Made by a program: the position numbers and the translations under genes
Part shown: positions 23,001-35,000 of the stretch, one piece after another
Numbering within the stretch: the stretch's first letter is position 1
Layout of the letters: every line of letters starts with the position of its first letter
The notes under the pieces: generated by a model
Seen by the model: the letters and a program-made list of their open reading frames with translations, nothing else
Databases searched by the model: none
Told to the model about the DNA's origin: nothing
From: Vicugna vicugna
Lineage: Eukaryota
Reading direction: 5' to 3'
NCBI GenBank assembly: GCA_013265495.1
Contig: MU063441.1
Span: forward strand, 1,506,398 to 1,570,397
Length of the DNA stretch: 64,000 nucleotides

Positions 23001-26000
23001 GAGGGTCTACCCTCTGAGGGCTCTAAATAATTCAGTGTTCATGGGTATCTCAACTCCATTCATCTCTCTTTAGCAATTACTGAAAGTTTGGCTGCTCAGG
23101 AGCAGCACTGCTATAAATTTACTGGTTATAAAGCAAGAAAACAGAATATTACAAAACTGCCTTCTCATCCTTGTTGAAAATAAAGTTTGAAAATGGCATG
23201 TTATAATGAAAAATATACTGAAAAGCAAATAAAAAAATGAAAAGCAAGACACTTGAAGGAAGCATGTTTTTTCATGCATAAAGCTCAGTTTGTTTTGCAA
23301 AAGGTCAAAGAAGAAAGTATGTATGTAGATGAACAGATAAAAGGACTGGGGCAGATTACAAAAGTAGTATTTTTGACAATGTAAAAAAGTATTTAGGATT
23401 TTTTCCCCCCTTAATGACTGAATGAGACCCTCAGAGCAAATTCTGCTGGTAGCAAATGCCTTCTAGGTAAGGTGACTTCCCCCCCCTCTCCTGGGAAAAG
23501 CGACCTAAATTCAGCTATTGTATTACCAAAAGCCAGCTGGTAGAAAAGGAAGGAGCTGCTTAGTTTAGTTGCTTTAGGCAAACGTTTTAATGCCCGATAA
23601 TGACCAACTTATCCTAACAATCCAAGTCTTTCCATTCTTTGTTTAGAATCTTGTTTTGAATTTTAGTGAAAAAGGAACATGGTCTATTTCCCAGCAGAAT
23701 TTAAAGAATAAGCTTTTATTCTACTGGACTCTTTTCATCTGGAATTCTGACTTTACAAATTGTTACAAACAAGATTGGCAACTGAGTCTGTGACTGGGGT
23801 ATATATGTAGAAATTGGAGGAGAAGTCAGAATCTCCAAGGGTATAAAGAAGAAAAACAAGCCAAATTAAGTAGCTCAATGTGTCAGGCTGATTTAAGACT
23901 TTGTTAGTTACTAGATGGTAAAAAAAAAACCAAAAAACAAACAAACAAAAAAAACTTCACTAAAATGTTAAGAGAATCGGTGTGCATGACACACAAACAA
24001 GTCTTCATGCCTAACTTTTAAAAAACCACTTCATGTATAAAAGAGCCTCTACTGAGAACAGAGAAAAGACATTTTCTGGTTGGTTAAAGAAAGCCAGGCT
24101 AGACTCAGTAGAAACTATGAGGGGAATATCATGATACAATTTACTGAAAAATGTGCTCACAAGTGCAGGCATCCAGCAGGGCAGTGAAAGGGGCTTCCTC
24201 TGGGAGAAAATAAATTGACTATTGGTATTTAAATGGGGGCTGACTGACCCTTGGAAGGACTTAACTGAGTGAAAAATTACACTAAGTGACCTTTATGGTT
24301 TCTACCAGTGCAAACTCTTGTGATTTTTTTAAGTTCTTGGATATTTTCAAGTAGGCTCTAATAGAATAATACTAGAAATAGAATATAAAAATAATCAAAT
24401 GATAATATGAAACCAGGCTTTGTTGCTTTTATGGTTTAACTGGACAAAAAATTATATAAATTCTTGAAAAAAGACCTTTACCTTATAGAAAAGGATTTCT
24501 AATTGGCATTAAATCACCAGGTAGGCAGTATCAACTTTAACACTGTAACTGAATTATTTTTATAGAGACATAAAAATGATGGGTCAAAAATGGATCATAA
24601 ATGCTTCTTTCCCAACATATGACAAAATGAACAGTAGTGAAATCCAGTCAAAAAGGAATACACCTTAATATCATGCCCTTTAGAAAGAGATGAGAAAAGG
24701 AAGAAACTGTTTTGATTTGGCATAGACATGTGCTTAACCTAGTCTCCATGTTCTGGAAATAGAATGTGTGAGACATCAAAGTTCTTGGAATTGTCACTAA
24801 TGTCTCCAAATCAGCCGTGAAGGGAAATGAAGTGTGGTCCTTATCATTTTTGACTCTTTTAAATAGATGAAATGACTGCTGGAGTCTAATGGGGCAGGTG
24901 AAGCCTGTGAACAAAACGCATACTGCATTCGGAAAGGCCAATGAAACTGGCCCATGGGATGGAACAGGCATTTAGTTCAGTAACAAAGAAATGAGTAAAT
25001 CTGACTGTATAAGTTCTCAATACTATGCGTTCATCGGCAGAGGGTTAAATCTGCTTACCTCTGAATCGCAGTAGAGAGGAGGTGAGTTGATGGAACAGCA
25101 CTTGGAGGCAAAGTCTGAGTGCTTGTCAACCAGCTCTTTGAGTTCCGTGGCTGTGGCATCAGGCAGTTTTCCTCTTAATCGCTCTGCCAGTCTGAAAGGC
25201 CAATTTTACATAGGGTTTTACTGGATGTATTTGATAAACATGTCTAGTGCAAAGTGATAGCCACTTCAGGTTTTTTACAACAAAAAAATCAAAATAAAAA
25301 TTGCCCTTAAGAAAATTTTCCATCAGTGACATGGTTTTTAGTGCCTCAATTCAAGCTTAGAAAGTGAAATCTGTCTCTTTAGATGATGAAAGTAAACGTA
25401 CAAACTGCTGCTGAATTTGAATTCCAGCCTTTCCCCCTTCGTTTGCTCCATTACAGCCATCAACGTGGATGACTTCCTCTTCTCTCCTCCCTGACTTTCA
25501 TTTTCTCTCCAGTTCTAGATTTCAATCTCCTCAAAGAGTATTTCCCGTATAGGGCTTTGTCACCTTAATGCATGTTCTCTTCTCTCGTATTTTAGGCAAT
25601 TTCCCTGTCAGTTTCAGCCTACTTCTCAACTAGCTATGCTGGAAAACACAAACAAGGTCAGAAGCTTTGGCTCCTGTTTTTGGCTCTACTATTATCTAAT
25701 TCTCCACCTCAGTTCCAAGATAGTGCTTGGATTTGCATTCTGTTGATTCTCTCCCAGTTCGAGTGGTCTATGAGCTTGGTAACTCTCTACCCTCATAACA
25801 GATAGCTCAGCCTGGTTTTATGACATTCTCCAAGAAATTTGCCAACCCGGTGGTGTGGGCAAAGGGAGGTGATGGAGACCCAGATTTAGAGATGGGATTA
25901 GTAAGGTGGATGCTGGGGAAGGACAAGAGAGTGAGGGGGACTAACTCGCTTGTAAAAACAAGATTGAAACGAGTCCATCCCAGCTGGGAGGTGGAGAAGT

Positions 26001-29000
26001 TAAACCAGGAGGAGCCGAGAGGACAGGGAGAAAAAGGGTGTGTGTGGGATTTCAAATACCTGGACTCAGTAGTCTCAATCCTATATAATTTCACAACCCA
26101 CAGTGTCAGTCCTACTGTAGTAGATTTTTTTGTGTTAATTAAGATGATATAAATTGTCACTCAGTTGTTCCAGTCAGTCCGGGAGTTCAAAGTTGTTGGC
26201 AGTGAACTTGATCTTGCAGTATCTGTTTAACATGATTCTATTCTACCTCCATAATCTGTTAACTATAGGATTTCCTGGTCACTGGGAAATAACCATTCTG
26301 AACTTAAGTCTTTCACAGTATTTTTCATGTAGAGCTTTGATAAGATAGGCTTCATGAGGGTCACTGAAGAAAGTTTCCTACCTTAGGGATTCTTTAGAAA
26401 AGTCTTTTTGTGGAGGTCTGTTTGTGCTTACCTGACCTATGTTGTTCAAGATGATTTGAAATGGATCTAAGAAATTTAGTTAATGAAGTTGGGAATGACA
26501 TGGGTCTTCTCAACAGAGATGTTTTCCAGGAAGCCTGTAAAACTTTTCGTTATTATGATCTATTATTTTAGTGTTAAACACCTATTTATAAAGAAATGCT
26601 TTCTTCTTTGATTTGAGAAAAATGACCACTGTACAACTTTACTTACATTTCTATTTCCAGTTTATGGAGAATACATACTAGTGATGGGTGATACTCTACT
26701 TGATTGAAAGTTTGAGTTATCTTGTCCGATAATATGCCACGAAGTTAGATAACATTTTCCAGTAGTTCTAGTTCTCAATTCTGTATAGTGACATCTACAG
26801 ATAGCTTTATGGCAAAAATGTTGATTGAATATGAGCTAATTTAAATTTTATCTTTTTTTGAATCAAGTCCCTGTGGCTCTGGTAATTTATAATTTTGTGG
26901 CTGTATTCTAATTGACCTCTCAGCTGATACACATGACAATTTTCCTCCAAAAAGAACTGTTTTTTCTTACACAGATACTAGGTTGACTGTTCTTTAAAAC
27001 TCCTAACTGCACCTATTTTTATTGCTCACTAAACACATCTTAAGTCTTCAGCTATGCTTCAAATCACAGTACTGGGCTGCTATTATTGATAAATTTGGAG
27101 GAAACAGCCAGAACAAGCCCCTTACTTTTTCTTGTACTCAGTAAATGTGTTTTCTGAATAATCGGCACATAGTTCCTGCCCCTTTTCAATGAAAGAAGAT
27201 AGTTCCTTCTTCAACTGAGGGCCCTGTAAGAAAATAATAATTACATGACAATTATTTTTCTTGAAACACTGTTCAGGGAGATTTCAGTTAAATCAGAATT
27301 CCATGCAATGTATCAATATGAGTGTTTATTATTCTCTACATCAGATCATGGCTAACATTTTCTACACAAGACCAGATAGTAAATATCTGAGGCTTTGTAA
27401 GCCATATACAGTCTGCCGTAATGACTTAACTGCCAATATGACACAAAAGCGGCCGTAAACCGTGGATGTGGCTGTGTTCCAATGAAACTTGATGAACACT
27501 GAAGTTGGAGTTCTATATAATTTTCATGTCTAATGAAATATTATTTTTAGACCACTTAAAAATGTAAGACCTTTCTTAGATCACAGCCACCAGGCCAGAT
27601 GTGGCCCACGAGCTACAGTTTGCCAACCCTTGATCTCTACCGAGGCTGGTGAGGACAATGTAGCAAATCGTACCTTCTCATTTAAACAGGCAGTAGACTC
27701 TCCAGAGTTGCAGCATTCAGCCAGGCCTCTCAGGGTTGGCTCAAGGATTTTACTGAGGAACACTTCTGGAATGTGGGTCTTCCTGCTTAGTTCAAATGCA
27801 TACCTGGTGTGAGAGAGAGAGGAGATAATACTCTTTAACATGGGTAGATTTGTGTATGCATGGCATGCTTTGGAATTTGACATCTGTTATAAAAGCAGAA
27901 CACCTAGCTAGGTTTAACTGAAACTGACTCCAAATCAGGTTTTAAGTTAAGAGCAATCTTCTCATTGAAATGCAAGTTACTGCTTTGAAGCTACTGTGAC
28001 TAGTTCATTGAACTAAATTAAAATTCTGTGTGTAGTAATATATACATTTGTTTATGTATTTATATATAAACAAATCTTCAAATGCAATGGAAGTGTCCTT
28101 TGTGCAACTATAATACAATGAACCCTGTATAAATCATCAAGTAGGTACCTTAAGTGGCTTTTCTGTGCAAGTAGTTTCTGTAAATTATTCCATTGTCTCA
28201 TCTCATTGTTGATGCACTTATAAAAACAATGAATATTTAGACAAATGTAAATTAGAGTTTCAGTCCCAATTCAGTCTAAATTCTGCTAATTCTCTAATTG
28301 ATTTTCGGGCCTGTTAGTTGAGATATTTTTATGCAATGACTATGCACACAACTTGTAGTATATGCAGCTCAGTGTGAGCCATCCATGGTGTATTTTAGTT
28401 CTTAGTTGGAGGAAAATAAAGGCTTACCATTCCTTCCCATTTCAATTTCTTTGTCACTTAATGTTAGTGAATACCAATACTGTCAAATTAGATCAATTGT
28501 ACTTACTGATCCAGGACTTTGGTGTTTTCTTTATCACACACATCTTTGTTTGTGGGCAACTTGACGTCCGGCAGCTCGGGTGTTGGCGCGGCTGGCATGA
28601 AATATGTGCACACAAAAATGTCCATGGGTGTTTTTTCTTGACAACAGTCCTTAAATTTAGAATTCTTCGTGGATAAGCTGTCACAGATTTTTACTGTGTA
28701 TTCAGGCAGCTACAAAAGCAATTGTGAGTTTGTGCATTGTTAGTTTCCCAGTTGATCTAATTAACAATAAGGAAGGCTTACATAGGCTTATAAGCTCTGG
28801 CATGGTGTCTATAAAAGTCAGTATGAATACTCTTATAAATAAATTGGGAGAACATTTGTAGAGGGCAATTTGTCAATCTGTACTAAAAGCCTTAAAGTAT
28901 ACAACCTGATTTCCAGGAATTTACTCTCAGGAAATAATTATGGGTGAAGGGAAGATTTAGCTATCAGGCTACTGAGGGCAGCACTGCTTAATATCAGACT

Positions 29001-32000
29001 GAAACAACCTAAATCAAATATAAAGGACCAGCTAAATAAAAATATGGTATATTTAGATAGACAAATGCAGTACATGCAATAGGTACATACAGTAGAATCC
29101 TACTTGGCCATTAGAAGTCAGGTTATAGAAAAACACCTACAGACCCAGACAGGTATCCTTAATGGAAAAAGACAAGGTAACACAGAGCATCTATTTCCAA
29201 AGAGGTCCACAGACTTGGAGTGACCTTTATGTAAAGTAACAATTCAAAGTTGTATCTATTTGAAAGGATTATATAAATGGAAAATGGTGAAAAACTGGAG
29301 TATCTAATTTTAACAGGTATAGTAAAAACATTAGATGGTTCTAATAATGTAACAGTTGCAGTGTTGTCTAACAGAACTTTGTGATGATGAAATGATCTCC
29401 GTCTGTTCTGTTCAATACTAAGCATTTGCAGTGTGGCTAGTGTTACCATTTAAACTTAACCCTGTATGGCTAGTGGATGCTGCATTGGGCTGTGAAGGTA
29501 GAGTAAGGTCTTAGGAATAAGAATCTTGTCCTTGTGTGTGGGCTTTGTCCCTTACTAGTTGTATCACCTCAAATTATCCTTGCTGATCTGCTGTTTCCTC
29601 ACATGTAAACCTGAGTTAGCAATGTTGAAATTTCATAGGATATGTTTGAAGACTGAGATGATGCATATGACAGGCAGCTTAGGAGAGTGCCTGCCATTCA
29701 ATATGTGGCCCATGATGATGATGATTTTCTTACCTCCTTGGCCATGCAGTCCTCAGAGGCAGAGCCGCAGCACTTGGAGAGGATTGTGGTAACATCTTCA
29801 GCTAATGGCAAAACATCCTTCAGATCTGCAGTAGGCACTTTCTGGGCAAATTTTATGAGATGGCTAAACAGTTAAACATGAATTGTTAGCCTAGCCATAT
29901 TCTCAGTTTTCTTGGCTTTTGTTATGAACATACAGTCTAGAGGAATAATACCATAGTTTAATACCATTCTTTGTCCTCAACAGCTGCATAGAGCACATGT
30001 GCTAGGTGATGGATCCTTTGTGCAGAAGTCACTATTCAAGATTCAGTCATCCTCAGTGAATCTTTTTATATTTTCGGTACTGACATAGAACTTCTCTTCT
30101 GGCCAGATCTACATAGTTGAAGCATGCCTTTAAGATGTTAGATGTAAGACAGCAATGAAGAAGACACTAATGTCTCTGTTTATAAGGCCAGTGCTGTGTT
30201 TTTGTGGCCCCTCGTAGCCTTTAAAAAAAGTTTTTGTAAATTCATTTAGAAACTGCAGATAAAAGGAGTAATGAAGTCCTATCACCCTAGACCACAGGGT
30301 GAAGGTTTTGGTGTATTTCCCTGAAGTATTTATTATTTGCCTTTTTCACTTAATATATCAGGAATAGATTTTGTATCATTTTTTTTAGACTGTGGCAAAA
30401 AACATATAACATTAAGTTGGCCATTTAACTAGTTGGAAGTGTATAGTTCAGTAATGGTAAGTGTATTCACCTTTATGTAACAAAACTCTAGAAATTTTTT
30501 ATCTTGCAAAACTGAAACTTGCTACCTATTAAACACTGTCACTTCCCCACTGTTTTACCCTCAGCCCTTGGCAGGCTATTACCTTTTTACTGTCTGTTTC
30601 TGTGACTTTTATTACTTTTGAGTGAAATCATACAGTATTTGTCTTTTCATGACTACCTACTTTGCTTAGCAAAATGTCCTCAGTGTTCGTCCATGTTGTA
30701 GCATGTGACAGGATTTTTTTTAAGGCTGCATAATACGTAATACATGTATGTATTGTATGTATGTATATACCACACTTTATCTATCCATCTGTCAGTGGAT
30801 ATTCAGGTTGTTTCTATCTCTGGTTATTGTGAATGATGCTGCAATTACCATGGGTGTGCAAATTTCTCCTTAAGATTCTACTTTGAATTTCTCTGTATAG
30901 ATATGCAGAAGTGAGATAACTGGATCATATGGTGAGTCTATTTTTAAACTTTTGAGGAACCTTCATAATGGCTGCACCATTTTGCATTCCCATCAACAGT
31001 GTATAAGGATTCCAGTCTCTACATATCCTTGCCNNNNNNNNNNNNNNNNNNNNNNNNNNNNNNNNNNNNNNNNNNNNNNNNNNNNNNNNNNNNNNNNNNN
31101 NNNNNNNNNNNNNNNNNNNNNNNNNNNNNNNNNNNNNNNNNNNNNNNNNNNNNNNNNNNNNNNNNNNNNNNNNNNNNGGAGAATTGTCTATTCAATTATT
31201 TTTCTTCTGTTTCTTCTTTTTTTCTTTTTAATTTTTTTTGGGGGGTGGTGGTGAGGGGTAATTAGGTTTATTTATTTTATTTATTTTTAGAGCAGGTACC
31301 GGGAATTGAACCCAGGACCTCGTGCATGCTAAGCATGTGCTCTACCACTTGAGCTATACCCTCCTCCTATTCAATTATTTTTAATCAAGTTATTTTTTGT
31401 TGAGTTGTGGAAGTCCCTTATACATACTACACACTAAACCCTTATTAGATATGTGACTTGCAAACACCTTCTCCCATTCCATAGGTTGCCTTATCACTTG
31501 GTTGATTGTTTTCTTAATGTGCAGAAATTTATGTTTGATGTGGTCCTATTTGTCTATTTTTGCTGTTACCTATGCTTTGGTGTCATTTTTAAGGAATTGC
31601 CAAATCCGGTGTCCTGAAACATTCCCCCTATGTTTTCTTCTAGGAGTTTTCTGGTTATAGGTCTTACGCTTAGGTCTTTAATCCATTTTTAGTTAACTGT
31701 ACTATATCATATAAGGTAAGAAAGAGTTCAACTTCATTCTTGTGCAAGTGCATATACACTTTTCCCAGCACCATTTGAAAAGACTGTCCTTCCTCCCTTG
31801 TGTAGTCTTGGCACCGTTGTTGAAAATAATTTGGCCAAATATATAAGGGTTTGTTTTGGAGCTCTCTAATATATTCCGTTGGTCTCTATGTATCATGTTA
31901 GGCCAGTACTACAGCATCTGTGTTACTATTGCTTTGTAATATGCTTCAAAATCAAAGTGTGAGGCTTCCAAATTTATTCTTCTTAAGATTGTCTTGGCTG

Positions 32001-35000
32001 TACGGATTCTTTTGATATTCTATGTGAATTTTAGGGTGCTTTTTCTATTTTGGCAAAAAGTGTCATTGGGATATTGATAAGATTCATATTGCTTTGGATA
32101 GTATGGATATCTTAACAATATTAATTCTTCCAATCCATGAGCATGGAATGTCTTTCTATTGTATTTTTGATTTTTTAGCAGTGTTTTGTTTTTTATTAAA
32201 TATTCTTTTAAAATATAATTACAGCCAACTGTCTGATAGTCTCCCATATGGATGTATCATAATTTAAACATGCTCTATTCTAGGGATATTTAGGAAGTCT
32301 CTTAAGTTTTTCATGTTAAAAAAAATGTAGCAGCAATTGTTCACACGCATTGATATTTCCTTGGAGAAACTTTCAGACACTAATGCAGGTATAAGTTTAT
32401 GATTAAAACATACATTTTATAGGTGGTTTTATACTATAAATTTCTATGCTCCACTAACCAAATACTCTTAATGCAAAAGGAAAACTAAAGGGGATGGTCT
32501 AGAGAAAATACCATTTAGTATTTGAGTAGTTCTAATGGAAGATTATTTTTAAAGGACTTATGAAGGAAGTTTCTTTGCTCTTTGGGGAGCCTTAGGATCT
32601 GGAGCTGGAATGGATTATTTCATGTCCATTACAGGAGAAAACTTGTGGATCAGAGTAAACGGAATTAAAGAGACTATAAATACTAAAGATATAAATCTGG
32701 ATGTCTGAGGATATATGAGAGAAGGCTAAACAGAAGCTGTCAAAATTAAAGTTTGAAGTTAACAATAGCCATACAAAGATCAAACTGAAGGTTACAGAGT
32801 AGCTAAATGATTATGATAACTTTATGAAGCTTACGAGATATGAAGCTTTGTGCTATATAGTACATATAACAAGAATTCAAGAAGTCATTTCCCAAGAAAA
32901 AAGTGGGCAGTGAAAGTAACAGATGAACAAAAACAATTGTTTTTGCTTGTGTGTTTGTAATATACGCCAATATGAATATTGAAGAAATAGTTTCTAGTGG
33001 TCTACCAGTTTTCTCATGTGAGTATATGGGAAAAAGTTGATTAAAGGCAAATTATGTTTTTACAACGTTCTTGTTCCTTATTGTTCATATTTTGTGAAGA
33101 GAAAAGAAATAACTGGGCCCTATTTTTGAAGATTATTGGAGCATAACACTATGGTTTGTATCTTCTATTGTAAGTGTTTTCTTAGAGAATCCTAAGATAA
33201 TGGATAGATACTACAGAAACAAACAGCTAAACCTGCTGATGGTGCTGAATCTTTACCTGAGCCTTGATTTCTCCTTCCCATAAGCAGCATATTGAGAACA
33301 GATTCTATTCGACACAGTGGTGAGAAGTGATAAATGTTTAAGCTGAAGTCTCTAGAAAACAAGTGAGAGAGAATCTCATCAGATGGTCAGGATCCATGGA
33401 AAGCAGTGAGCAGGCATGGCCGGAAGGAGACCATTAGGACTTTTTTCAATAACTAGAAAACTGAATTCTGACTAAAGGAACTTATTCCCCCCCCCAAAGG
33501 TGGTTATGTGTGTTATTCCAACTAAAAAAATACAAAAGAGGCATTTTAGAAACATTTATGGATTCCAGAATCTGAATTTTTTTTTACCATTATTTAAAAA
33601 AATGGCATTAATAGAAGGAAGAAAAGAACATCATATGGAATAAAATGACACCTACCTCTCTCAGAAAGCACACTGTTGGGCTTGGTGAGGTACAGCAGGA
33701 CCCCACCATAGACAGGTAACTCTTGGTGTAACTGACTAGAATTGTCAGAGGAGCTTGTCCATAGTTAATGGAGTATTCATACAGAAATCTGTGAGGGGGG
33801 AAGATAGCAGGATTGGTCAAAACATTTGTGGGAAACAATCTACTTTTTCATATGTATTTGATAAAAAAAAGGATGCATGTTATGTTAGTTTATAGTTTTA
33901 ATATCTAAAAAGCACTGTGGTTTTAAAGAAAGGGTCATAAAACTAGTCACTTTTATCAATATTTTTGTTAAAAAAATCTTTCCAATTTTCCTGGTGGATT
34001 ACTTGAGAGGGGCCCATTTGTCCCTTTATTCATTTAGTGTCTGCCATGTGCATGGGCTGTAGTAGCTGCTTATGAATGTTGATCAAACAAATTAAAGTGA
34101 ATGTTAGGCATTTATCTTTCATTGGATTTACCTTTCATTGTCTGTTTATTCTAGATGACTGTTAATGTATAGGCGTGCTTATTCGTTGAAATCATCTTAA
34201 TTTTCAGGTGCATAAGCCCCTAAGGGTCTAAAGAGATGCTGAGATCTTGGGCAAAAATCCTCCGAAAATGTACGGGGATGGGCAAGCCAGCCAATTTTTA
34301 TAAACTCATGACCTTGATTTCATACTTCTAATGCAAGTTTGAATGACATTGCTTTTGACTTCAGTCTGTGTATGTGTGTGCATGTAAAATGTATTTACTT
34401 TTTATTATCATAATTTTTCCCATTTTTCATTTTTATGATCTTCCAAGACTAAAGAAACAATGTATAATCTGGCTCCTCATGAATGTTAAACAAAGAGAAG
34501 GTGAAAGTCATGTTCGCTTATGTGGTACGTGTGTCATGTTCACAGCCGTTTCTGGGGATGCACTACAGGGATGAAGAAAGGGGCTGTTTATTATGCTCTA
34601 CCAGAAATTAAGTACTTGTGCACAGTGATAAAATTCTATCAGATGGTGTGTGTAAGGATCCCTAACATAAGGGGAATCACAGTAGCTGCTGTCAAATATT
34701 TGAAAATGTCACGTGGACATGGCATCCAGGTGCTTCTGCTTGGATACTAGAACATGGGCAAGAGAGGGTAGGAATTTGGGAAGGTTGGTTGCATCTCTGT
34801 CTGAGAAAGACATTTACAATCATTAGTACTGACAGAGATGGGCTGTCTTGGGTGACAGCCAAGTTCTTGGTACTGAAAGTTGTCCAGGTCGTGGTGTAAG
34901 AGGTGTGTGTCTAGAGCAGGCGGTTAGATCATGCTGGCTGTTTTATCCCCTGAAGTTCCACATACAATGAAGACGGCTTACTGATTGGCAAACCCCTTGG

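Larger units (their letters stand above)
30379..32190 (-). mobile_element. L1 (L1MA9/L1MB-like) 3' UTR plus decayed ORF2 C-terminus in intron 6
   Basis: ORFs 31702-31896 ([31 protein letters not shown]) and 32020-32247 ([12 protein letters not shown]) resemble L1 ORF2; L1 3' UTR starts at 30379. Confidence 0.85.

Noticed and set aside
25807-26160. Overlapping antiparallel ORFs of 117 aa and 110 aa in intron 10
   Set aside because: No recognisable protein similarity; consistent with chance in an intron.
20095-27125. Relics of the two lost albumin-type exons in GC introns 10 and 11
   Set aside because: I saw no Cys-patterned reading-frame remnants by eye, and the loss is ancient, so none is expected.
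32590-32900. Purine-rich stretch resembling a processed-pseudogene fragment
   Set aside because: All frames I translated stop early, match no protein I recognise, and there is no poly(A) or TSD.
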